Positions 45,327 to 56,410 of a stretch of DNA of 64,000 bases are shown here, piece by piece. Numbering within the stretch: position 1 is the stretch's first letter; each line of letters opens with the position of its first letter. The notes beneath the pieces were generated by a model that worked only from the letters and a program-made list of their open reading frames with translations, did no database searches and was not told the origin of the DNA. The translations under genes and the position numbers were made by a program. The stretch comes from Neoechinorhynchus agilis (taxonomy: Eukaryota > Animalia > Acanthocephala): positions 8,509,480-8,573,479 of the forward strand of contig CM121342.1 of the NCBI GenBank assembly GCA_051530055.1, in the 5' to 3' direction.

Positions 45327-48300
45327 AATTAAAGAAATATCTTTTTTCTAAAGATTTGATGTTTTCTTAGAAGCGGCCAGGTTACGGGACCTCTTTGAGT
45401 TTGTTTAGATTTCCAATAAATGAACTAAAATATTGAAAACGTCTATTTGAAAGAAAATCGCACTTTTTACTTAACAGTTAATAGTTTGAGATTATCTCTA
45501 AAACCAGAGAATGGTTTCGTTAGTTTTGCCATTCTTTGACTTTTGATCATAGGAGACGGATTCGTTTCTGTTGTCCTCTCTTTCCCCTTTTTTTAGCTGC
45601 TTTAAAAAAATTTCTTTAAACTTTCTACTTGATGGTGGAGGTGGCAAAAAAGAGCTCCAAGTTGCTTTCTGATGGAATTATAGAAATATCTTTTTTCTAA
45701 AGATTTGATGTTTTCTTAGAAGCGGCCAGGTTACGGGACCTCTTTGAGTTTGTTTAGATTTCCAATAAATGAACTAAAATATTGAAAACGTCTATTTGAA
45801 AGAAAATCGCACTTTTTACTTAACAGTTAATAGTTTGAGATTATCTCTAAAACCAGAGAATGGTTTCGTTAGTTTTGCCATTCTTTGACTTTTGATCATA
45901 GGAGACGGATTCGTTTCTGTTGTCCTCTCTTTCCCCTTTTTTTAGCTGCTTTAAAAAAATTTCTTTAAACTTTCTACTTGATGGTGGAGGTGGCAAAAAA
46001 GAGCTCCAAGTTGCTTTCTGATGGAATTATCGAAATATCTTTTTTCTAAAGATTTGATGTTTTCTTAGAAGCGGCCAGGTTACGGGACCTCTTTGAGTTT
46101 GTTTAGATTTCCAATAAATGAACTAAAATATTGAAAACGTCTATTTGAAAGAAAATCGCACTTTTTACTTAACAGTTAATAGTTTGAGATTATCTCTAAA
46201 ACCAGAGAATGGTTTCGTTAGTTTTGCCATTCTTTGACTTTTGATCATAGGAGACGGATTCGTTTCTGTTGTCCTCTCTTTCCCCTTTTTTTAGCTGCTT
46301 TAAAAAAATTTCTTTAAACTTTCTACTTGATGGTGGAGGTGGCAAAAAAGAGCTCCAAGTTGCTTTCTGATGGAATTATAGAAATATCTTTTTTCTAAAG
46401 ATTTGATGTTTTCTTAGAAGCGGCCAGGTTACGGGACCTCTTTGAGTTTGTTTAGATTTCCAATAAATGAACTAAAATATTGAAAACGTCTATTTGAAAG
46501 AAAATCGCACTTTTTACTTAACAGTTAATAGTTTGAGATTATCTCTAAAACCAGAGAATGGTTTCGTTAGTTTTGCCATTCTTTGACTTTTGATCATAGG
46601 AGACGGATTCGTTTCTGTTGTCCTCTCTTTCCCCTTTTTTTAGCTGCTTTAAAAAAATTTCTTTAAACTTTCTACTTGATGGTGGAGGTGGCAAAAAAGA
46701 GCTCCAAGTTGCTTTCTGATGGAATTATAGAAATATCTTTTTTCTAAAGATTTGATGTTTTCTTAGAAGCGGCCAGGTTACGGGACCTCTTTGAGTTTGT
46801 TTAGATTTCCAATAAATGAACTAAAATATTGAAAACGTCTATTTGAAAGAAAATCGCACTTTTTACTTAACAGTTAATAGTTTGAGATTATCTCTAAAAC
46901 CAGAGAATGGTTTCGTTAGTTTTGCCATTCTTTGACTTTTGATCATAGGAGACGGATTCGTTTCTGTTGTCCTCTCTTTCCCCTTTTTTTAGCTGCTTTA
47001 AAAAAATTTCTTTAAACTTTCTACTTGATGGTGGAGGTGGCAAAAAAGAGCTCCAAGTTGCTTTCTGATGGAATTATAGAAATATCTTTTTTCTAAAGAT
47101 TTGATGTTTTCTTAGAAGCGGCCAGGTTACGGGACCTCTTTGAGTTTGTTTAGATTTCCAATAAATGAACTAAAATATTGAAAACGTCTATTTGAAAGAA
47201 AATCGCACTTTTTACTTAACAGTTAATAGTTTGAGATTATCTCTAAAACCAGAGAATGGTTTCGTTAGTTTTGCCATTCTTTGACTTTTGATCATAGGAG
47301 ACGGATTCGTTTCTGTTGTCCTCTCTTTCCCCTTTTTTAGCTGCTTTAAAAAAATTTCTTTAAACTTTCTACTTGATGGTGGAGGTGGCAAAAAAGAGCT
47401 CCAAGTTGCTTTCTGATGGAATTATCGAAATATCTTTTTTCTAAAGATTTGATGTTTTCTTAGAAGCGGCCAGGTTACGGGACCTCTTTGAGTTTGTTTA
47501 GATTTCCAATAAATGAACTAAAATATTGAAAACGTCTATTTGAAAGAAAATCGCACTTTTTACTTAACAGTTAATAGTTTGAGATTATCTCTAAAACCAG
47601 AGAATGGTTTCGTTAGTTTTGCCATTCTTTGACTTTTGATCATAGGAGACGGATTCGTTTCTGTTGTCCTCTCTTTCCCCTTTTTTTAGCTGCTTTAAAA
47701 AAATTTCTTTAAACTTTCTACTTGATGGTGGAGGTGGCAAAAAAGAGCTCCAAGTTGCTTTCTGATGGAATTATAGAAATATCTTTTTTCTAAAGATTTG
47801 ATGTTTTCTTAGAAGCGGCCAGGTTACGGGACCTCTTTGAGTTTGTTTAGATTTCCAATAAATGAACTAAAATATTGAAAACGTCTATTTGAAAGAAAAT
47901 CGCACTTTTTACTTAACAGTTAATAGTTTGAGATTATCTCTAAAACCAGAGAATGGTTTCGTTAGTTTTGCCATTCTTTGACTTTTGATCATAGGAGACG
48001 GATTCGTTTCTGTTGTCCTCTCTTTCCCCTTTTTAGCTGCTTTAAAAAATTTCTTTAAACTTTCTACTTGATGGTGGAGGTGGCAAAAAAGAGCTCCAAG
48101 TTGCTTTCTGATGGAATTATAGAAATATCTTTTTTCTAAAGATTTGATGTTTTCTTAGAAGCGGCCAGGTTACGGGACCTCTTTGAGTTTGTTTAGATTT
48201 CCAATAAATGAACTAAAATATTGAAAACGTCTATTTGAAAGAAAATCGCACTTTTTACTTAACAGTTAATAGTTTGAGATTATCTCTAAAACCAGAGAAT

Positions 48301-49150
48301 GGTTTCGTTAGTTTTGCCATTCTTTGACTTTTGATCATAGGAGACGGATTCGTTTCTGTTGTCCTCTCTTTCCCCTTTTTTAGCTGCTTTAAAAAAATTT
48401 CTTTAAACTTTCTACTTGATGGTGGAGGTGGCAAAAAAGAGCTCCAAGTTGCTTTCTGATGGAATTATAGAAATATCTTTTTCAAAGATTTGATGTTTTC
48501 TTAGAAGCGGCCAGGTTACGGGACCTCTTTGAGTTTCTTTAGATTTCCAATAATGAACTAAAATATTGAAAACGTCTATTTGAAAGAAAATCGCACTTTT
48601 TACTTAACAGTTAATAGTTTGAGATTATCTCTAAAACCAGAGAATGGTTTCGTTAGTTTTGCCATTCTTTGACTTTTGATCATAGGAGACGGATTCGTTT
48701 CTGTTGTCCTCTCTTTCCCCTTTTTTTTAGCTGCTTTAAAAAATTTTCTTTGAACTTTCTGCTTGATGGTGGAGGTGGCAAAAAAGAGCTCCAAGTTGCT
48801 TTCTGATGGAATTATCGAAATATCTTTTTTCTAAAGATTTGATGTTTTCTTAGAAGCGGCCAGGTTACGGGACCTCTTTGAGTTTGTTTAGATTTCCAAT
48901 AAATGAACTAAAATATTGAAAACGTCTATTTGAAAGAAAATCGCACTTTTTACTTAACAGTTAATAGTTTGAGATTATCTCTAAAACCAGAGAATGGTTT
49001 CGTTAGTTTTGCCATTCTTTGACTTTTGATCATAGGAGACGGATTCGTTTCTGTTGTCCTCCATTTCCCCTTTTTTTAGCTGCTTTAAAAAATTTTCTTT
49101 AAACTTTCTGCTTGATGGTGGAGATGGCAGTAAAGAGCTCCAAGTTGCTT
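45327..49150. repeat. Highly homogeneous tandem array, 349-bp monomer, ~11 copies
   Basis: AAGCGGCCAGG at 45371, 45720, 46069, 46418 and 46767, continuing to ~48855. Copies differ mostly in homopolymer length. Confidence 0.98.
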
Positions 49151-49627
49151 TCTAATGTATGCCCTAGATGCTTTATTAATGCATTAATTCCACTTTTTGA
49201 GCTCGCGGCTATGAACTCTGCAGGGCCCTGTTCGTTCTTTAGAAGTTTTCAAAAAATTTACTGGAAGTCGCCCAAATTGAAAGTCGAAATCGGGGAACTG
49301 AATTTCTTTATCCGTTGTTTATCGTTGGATTTTAAAGTATTAAAAAGTGCATTGGCATCGGCGGATTGATATGTTGAGAAGCATTCGAATTATTTAAATT
49401 CCAAAGCGGGGACAATCATCAGGTAGAAATTTGAAAGAAAAAAGTTGAAGCAGCCTAAAAAGGGGAAAGGGAGGCCAATAGAGACGCATTCGTCTCGTAG
49501 CTTTGTGTTTTTAAATGGGTAACCTATTTAGCGAAAAACAACCCACTGTATTCAAGAATCAAAAAGTGATGAATGCGTCTCAAGTTCCATTACTTTTCTT
49601 AAATAGAAGAAGCGTTTTCTATTCTAG

Positions 49628-50677
49628 ATGTCAAGCTCCGATAAGCTCAAGATTGATAGTATTTCAAGTGTCGTTGGCAGTGGAATAGTAACCTTATTTG
49701 TGACACCGTTTGACTACCTGAAAACTCGACAGCAAGCTCAAGTCCGTTCGTTCTCCATGAATCCATGTATTGAATGTCGGAAGCAGACGGACACAAGAAC
49801 CATTTCACTTTTAAGACAAATAGTTTTTAACGAAGGAGTCGGAGGAATTCGAAACCTATGGACAGGCATTACTCCATCACTTCTACTCCACGTCCCAACG
49901 ACTGCTATTTACTTCATGGCTTACCATCGATTGTGTCCTCGAGAAAACTCGGTGTCCATTACGACGGCAAGTGTATCTGGAGGATTAGCTCGATTCGTGG
50001 CGGCTACACTCACGAGTCCCGTTGAATTGATGAGAACAGTCGTACAGAGTTTGCCCAAAAACGACAACCGAAGCTTACTTAAAGTCTTCATGAATCACGT
50101 CCATGAAAGTGGCTACAGGCGGACATTGTTCCGTGGTTGGGTATTAACCCTCTTAAGGGACATTCCTTTCTCCATGATTTATTGGCCATTGTTTGAGATA
50201 TTAAAAATAAAACTTGATGAGAGAAACGGAAATCAGAATAGGATATTTCACGCATGGATTGGAGGATTCTTTGCTGGATCAGTTTCCGCGATATTGACTT
50301 GTCCTGTGAGTGAAGACGATTGCCTTTTTGGGAGCGGCTCCGTTTTTTGCACTTTAATGTTTCTTAGATAATCTAATTAAAATGCATCGTCTATTAGACA
50401 CAATTAAGACTTTTAAGCAATGCTTCATTTTTAAAGCAGCAGGACCGACTGAACCGAGCATACAAGAAGTCATTAGGAAGATTTACGTAACGAGAGGAGT
50501 CAGCGGATTTTATGCAGGTATCTAAACAAAAGAAAAATTTCTAAAAAAGAATTCATTACTCTTTTTTTAGGAATCGTGCCAAGATTGATGAAGGTGGCTC
50601 CAGCATGCGCCATCATGATATCGACATTTGAATACACACGAACATCTCTGGAACATGAAATAAACACTTTTTGTTGA
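49628..50677 (+). CDS. Mitochondrial carrier SLC25A39/SLC25A40 family, 3 exons (preferred 49628-50308, 50397-50517, 50571-50677)
   Basis: TPFDYLKTRQQ, LWTGITPSLLLHVPTTAIYFMAY, SPVELMRT, LLRDIPFSMIYW, third signature P-x-D-T-I-K, and GIVPRLMKVAPACAIMISTFEY. Confidence 0.92.
50309..50396 (+). other. Structured non-canonical intron candidate (88 nt) in SLC25A39/40
   Basis: Left arm AGACGATTGCCTTTT (50314-50328) pairs with right arm AAAATGCATCGTCT (50379-50392). The element ends a-TTA|G. GT-AG use gives a stop (AG 50367) or a frameshift (AG 50397). Confidence 0.82.
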
Positions 50678-50831
50678 CTTGAAATTTAGTGTTGTTGTTT
50701 TTTTGAAGATTTTAATTTGTAAATTTAAGCTTTGCTGCGTATTTAACAGCCTATTTTACTTTAAAAAAAGAACGACATAAGTCGTTTGACTTTTCAAATT
50801 CATCCTTTTTTGTAGATGCATATCACGTTCG

Positions 50832-53531
50832 TTATTTCGATGATTGACCCATATACATCATGGCCACTTGCTCAGAAGTGCTACAATCCTCAGGGCGTTT
50901 TTCGTCCCTTACTCTAATAAATCGTGGAAACCTTAAGGATATTCCCTTATCCGCATCCACACGTCCCATTGCTCCAAAATGAATAGGCGAGACGCTTAAG
51001 TCCGCGCATTTGACTTCGCAAACCAGTTTAGGTTCAAACCAAACGTCACATTTGAGCGATTCGTCAAATAAATACTCTGAAGGAGCGTCAGGAGATCTAT
51101 GAGGTTCGAGTAAGCTCTTCAGAGAAGCGAGGTCTTCATCCTTAAACCCAGTTCCAATCTTACACAGGCTCTCAAATTCATCCGTTAAGTCATTAAAACA
51201 ACCTAGCAAGAAGCCGCCATAGACTCCAGTCCGTTTCCCAGCACCAAGATACGCACCCATTATAACAAGATCGAGTGTATCTGCAATGCTTGACTCATTT
51301 GGACCTTTTGAACCGAAACTCACATAGTCCTTTTTGACCTTTAACCACGAAAACGACCTTTTAGATGGCTCGTAAAAGGATGATAAGGATTTGACCATCA
51401 AACCTTCGGTACCTTCTTCTACCGCTTTTTCCAAAGCCTTTTGTATTTTGTGAGCGACGTCGTCTTTGCGATCGATCACCATTCCGGTTCCGATTTCAAA
51501 CTGGGAAGTAATGGGCTTAAATGAATCGATCATGGCTGTACGTCTGACACTTATGATTGCTCGAATGAACGAACATGAAGTGATGGAAAAATCATCTACG
51601 GTATCTTAATTCTACGATAAAAATAACTTTACTTTTCACAAAATCAAAAGTTCATTTGAGCAATCGAGAAAGGAACACCCTCGTAAGCGTCTATAAATGA
51701 TTTTGAATTTAAATACAGAAGGTCGAAAGCGAATACACAAACGTTCACCGATATTTCAGCACTGTCGACATTTTTGCGCTTTCGGTGACTAAGGACTTGA
51801 AATGGAAGAGGCCGTCCACTCTTGAGGTCGTAAGCGACCACTTCACAATCGAGGATCGCGCTTTGAATACCACTTTGTTCGGCTACCTTTTTCATAACCT
51901 CGATAACGTCGGGATATTTGACGGTGTTGTTTTCTGAATTCCGCGAAAAAATCTGAATTTTATATCCGGCGTCAGTGTTAAGAATGTGGATCTGAGCACG
52001 TTCACCGTCATATTTATGTTCACAAATAAATGGACCGTCCGCCATTCTTTTGAGAACTTCTTTGATTTCTTTTAAAACTGGCACATGCATTTCGTGGTTT
52101 CTAAAGTAGTGAATCACGAAATGATCATTTTCGCACTTTAAATTGTAAAATGTATTTTTAATCATTTTTAATTGCTCTACAAAGCCGAAACGCCACAAAT
52201 TAGGAAAATATAGTTAATAATATTGAATTTTAAGGACCAATTTGAAAGACCAAAAACCGAGTCATTTTTGCATTTTAAAAGCCCGGGCTTACGCGTTTGT
52301 GCCTTTTGGGGTTGAGACCTACGGATCTCTTGGTAGCGAGGCTCTTCGACTTCTGAGGGATCTGAAGCGACGCCTTACCTGGTTCAAAATATCAGCATCG
52401 CCGTGTTGAGAGGCAACACTGCAAGCATTCGGGCGACAATTGAGGGCGAGGACGGCGAATAATTATGTTTATATCTTCAAAATAAAATCTATGATTTTAA
52501 AAAAAATTTTAAAATGTGTTTCAAATCACTTTTCATTGTTCTACAAAGTATTAAACAGCGACACAATTCGAACGGAGAAAATACAAAATAGTTGATTGGA
52601 ACGTTGAGCGACGCTGAAATAAGACAGATAATGGTCCTTAAGCTGGAAAACGGAATACATGAGCCCGTCAAACGGGATGAGCGAGCATTGGCTTAATGGG
52701 CGTTAAGCAATCCAGTAAGCAATGTTGATCCAAATTTTCTAGACCATATTTCGAAAGGGCCACAATGAGTCGTCCATAGTCCGGACATTGAGCAATAGCG
52801 TTTTTAACCACTGCAACATCAGCATCATCGGATCCACCGAATGCATTGGCCAAACAAGTAATGACAGTCTGTTCAGCAAGTCCAATTCTAAGTTTGCCAC
52901 TTAAAGCTCGAATAAAAAACCGAGCTTCGTGACCTTGATCGCAAGCAACAAGAACAGATCGAATAATATTAAGTTTCTGTGATTGACTCTCTTTACCGGA
53001 AGTCGTAGCCACTTGTTTCAAACGATCGAATACACTTCTAACTGTGAGTGGAGGAGGTTTGAACATGAGAGTTTGCCTGTTTCGGCTACTTTCAGCCACA
53101 ATACCGATATCGCCATCACGTTGAAGATCAAGTTTAAGTTGTTTGAGACTTCTACCCGTCGTTTCTGCTATAGCTCGAAGGAGAATACTTTCGCCTACTC
53201 CGAGCTCAATTCCTTCGTGATCGGGAGCGACTCGGTTTAAAGTAATATACACCGAAGCAATGAGATCCTCGGTTGATCCATTCGAAACTTTTATGACCTT
53301 TTTGAAATACGAACCGAGAATCGCCTGGATTTCCAACCGTTTTCGAGTAGCCGAAATTCGGCTAAACGTTGATGTGAGCGCCCGAAAAGGAATCGGAAAC
53401 GGCATTGATTCGGAATTCCCCTTATCCGAGCCGATGGCCACAATCTTTGAGGTTTCCGGGCTGAAGTAAGATCCTATGTCCGACGAAAATTTCCGCTTTA
53501 AACGAGCAGGACAATAACCATCACGACTCAT
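50832..53531 (-). CDS. LIG1: DNA ligase I, 3 exons (preferred 53531-52671, 52072-51668, 51551-50832); start may lie up to 53630
   Basis: ELGVGESILLRAI, GKLRIGLAEQTV, IKPMLAHP, EHKYDGERAQIH (adenylated Lys), LDCEVVA, FAFDLLYLN, EGLMVK, WLKVKKDY, DTLDLVIMGAYLGAGKRTG, and SLRFPRFIRVRDEK. Confidence 0.97.
51552..51667 (-). other. Structured non-canonical intron candidate (116 nt), LIG1 intron 2
   Basis: GATTGCTCAAATGAAC (51665-51650) pairs with GTTCATTCGAGCAATC (51570-51555) at 15/16 positions. The element ends ATA|A. Removal gives P-F-S-V-R-R, matching P-L-x-x-R-R. Confidence 0.72.
52073..52670 (-). other. Structured non-canonical intron candidate (598 nt), LIG1 intron 1
   Basis: ACGGGCTCATGTATTCCGT (52668-52650) matches the reverse complement of ACGAAATGCATGTGCCAGT (52095-52077) at 15/19 positions, with G-U pairs at some mismatches. 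The element ends t-TTA|A. Removal gives H-P-V-K-E-I-K-E-V-L-K-R, the same spacing as H-P-T-R-G-I-S-E-V-L-K-R. Confidence 0.8.
52290..52462 (+). mobile_element. Second CRE/RLE-type retrotransposon tail fragment, inside LIG1 intron 1
   Basis: YAFVPFGVETYGSLGSEALRLLRDLKRRL, then after a frameshift YLVQNISIAVLRGNTASIRATI*. Confidence 0.8.
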
Positions 53532-53699
53532 TATTGACTGTTTTTTCGCATCATCTTGCTTTGTAAACTTTTGTGAAGGCAATGAAGAACGGAAAGAATT
53601 TACAGTCCAGTGGTTGGTAGACGAGCACAACGATCGTAACTATTTTTGGCCGGTCGTTTATGATAAATCCTTTATTTATTAATCCATAAAGAATAGGAA

Positions 53700-56410
53700 A
53701 GATGTCTTCAGGTTATGGTACCCGAGAAGATTGGGCAGCATAATAATAGCACGTTTATTGATAAAAAAATACAGAATTGGACCCACGCACCTTGGGCTCT
53801 TCATAAGAACTCGAGTTTATAGTTGGTCAGAAAATAAATTCGGATCGGTTTTGGTGAATATATTCGGTCGGGGGATGTCCGTTCGGATAGGAATATCCGG
53901 GCTGGGTATTTCCATTCCAGTGGACGAATTGGTGGTTTTTGTTTATAGGAGAGATTGTGAAGTTAAGTCTTTCCTCAGGTTCATTTCAGGTTATGGTATC
54001 CGAGAAGATTGGGCAGCATAATAATAGCACGTTTATTGGTAAAAAATACAGAATTGGACCCACGCACCTTGGGCTCCTCATAAGAACTCGAGTTTAGAGT
54101 TGGTCAGAAAATAAATTCGGATCGGTTTGGGTGAAAATATTCGGTCGGGGGATGTCCGTTCGGATAGGAATATCCGGGCTGGGTATTTCCATTCTAGTGG
54201 GCGAATTGGTGGTTTTTGTTTATAGGAGAGATTGTGAAGTTAAGTCTTTCCTCAGGTTCATTTCAGGTTATTGTATCCGAGAAGATTGGGCAGCATAATA
54301 ATAGCACGTTTATTAGTAAAAAATACAGAATTGGACCCACGCACCTTGGGCTCCTCATAAGAACTCGAGTTTATAGTTGGTCAGAAAATAAATTCGGATC
54401 GGTTTGGGTGAATATATTCGGTCGGGGGATGTCCGTTCGGATAGGAATGTCCGGGCTGGGTATTTCCATTCTAGTGAGCGAATTGGTGGTTTTTGTTTAT
54501 AGGAGAGCTTGTGAAGTTAAGTCTTTCCTCAGGTTCATTTCAGGTTATGGTATCCGAGAAGATTGGGCAGCATAATAATAGCACGTTTATTGATAAAAAA
54601 TACAGAATTGGACCCACGCACCTTGGGCTCCTCGTAAGAACTCGAGTTTAGAGTTGGTCAAAAAATAAATTCGGATCGGTTTGGGTGAAAATATTCGGCC
54701 GGGGATGTCCGTTCGGATAGGAATATCCGGGCTGGGTATTTCCATTCTAGTGAGCGAATTGGTGGTTTTTGTTTATAGGAGAGATTGTGAAGTTAAGTCT
54801 TTCCTCAGGTTCATTTCAGGTTATTGTATCCGAGAAGATTGGGCAGCATAATAATAGCACGTTTATTAGTAAAAAATACAGAATTGGACCCATGCACCTT
54901 GGGCTCTCATAAGAACTCGAGTTTATAGTTGGTCAGAAAATAAATTCGGATCGGTTTTGGTGAATATATTCGGTCGGGGGATGTCCGTTCGGATAGGAAT
55001 GTCCGGGCTGGGTATTTCCATTCTAGTGGACGAATTGGTGGTTTTTGTTTATAGGAGAGATTGTGAAGTTAAGTCTTTCCTCAGGTTCATTTCAGGTTAT
55101 TGTATCCGAGAAGATTGGGCAGCATAATAATAGCACGTTTATTAGTAAAAAATACAGAATTGGACCCACGCACCTTGGGCTCCTCATAAGAACTCGAGTT
55201 TATAGTTGGTCAGAAAATAAATTCGGATCGGTTTGGGTGAATATATTCGGTCGGGGGATGTCCGTTCGGATAGGAATATCCGGGCTGGGTATTTCCATTC
55301 TAGTGAGCGAATTGGTGGTTTTTGTTTATAGGAGAGCTTGTTAAGTCTTTCCTCAGGTTCATTTCAGGTTATGGTATCCGAGAAGATTGGGCAGCATAAT
55401 AATAGCACGTTTATTGGTAAAAAATACAGAATTGGACCCACGCACCTTGGGCTCCTCATAAGAACTCGAGTTTATAGTTGGTCAGAAAATAAATTCGGAT
55501 CGGTTTGGGTGAATATATTCGGTCGGGGGATGTCCGTTCGGATAGGAATGTCCGGGCTGGGTATTTCCATTCTAGTGGACGAATTGGTGGTTTTTGTTTA
55601 TAGGAGAGCTTGTGAAGTTAAGTCTTTCCTCAGGTTCATTTCAGGTTATGGTATCCGAGAAGATTGGGCAGCATAATAATAGCACGTTTATTGATAAAAA
55701 ATACAGAATTGGACCCACGCACCTTGGGCTCCTCGTAAGCACTCGAGTTTAGAGTTGGTCAGAAAATAAATTCGGATCGGTTTGGGTGAAAATATTCGGT
55801 CGGGGATGTCCGTTCGGATAGGAATATCCGGGCTGGGTATTTCCATTCTAGTGAGCGAATTGGTGGTTTTTGTTTATAGGAGAGCTTGTGAAGTTAAGTC
55901 TTTCCTCAGGTTCATTTCAGGTTATTGTATCCGAGAAGATTGGGCAGCATAATAATAGCACGTTTATTAGTAAAAAATACAGAATTGGACCCACGCACCT
56001 TGGGCTCTCATAAGAACTCGAGTTTATAGTTGGTCAGAAAATAAATTCGGATCGGTTTGGGTGAATATATTCGGTCGGGGGATGTCCGTTCGGATAGGAA
56101 TATCCGGGCTGGGTATTTCCATTCTAGTGAGCGAATTGGTGGTTTTTGTTTATAGGAGTGCTTGTGAAGTTAAGTCTTTCCTCAGGTTCATTTCAGGTTA
56201 TGGTATCCGAGAAGATTGGGCAGCATAATAATAGCACGTTTATTGATAAAAAATACAGAATTGGACCCACGCACCTTGGGCTCCTCATAAGAACTCGAGT
56301 TTATAGTTGGTCAGAAAATAAATTCGGATCGGTTTGGGTGAATATATTCGGTCGGGGGATGTCCGTTCGGATAGGAATATCCGGGCTGGGTATTTCCATT
56401 CTATGAGCGA
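53700..56410. repeat. Tandem satellite, ~277-bp monomer, ~10 copies, fused to LINE copy 2
   Basis: CAGGTTAT.GTATCCGAGAAGATTGGGCAGC recurs about every 276-278 nt. The last unit runs directly into RT sequence at ~56420. Confidence 0.97.

Noticed and set aside
53731-56406. Repeated 86-119 aa plus-strand ORFs (MFIGEIVKLSLSS...)
   Set aside because: They are by-products of the satellite, broken by indels between copies, with no protein motif.
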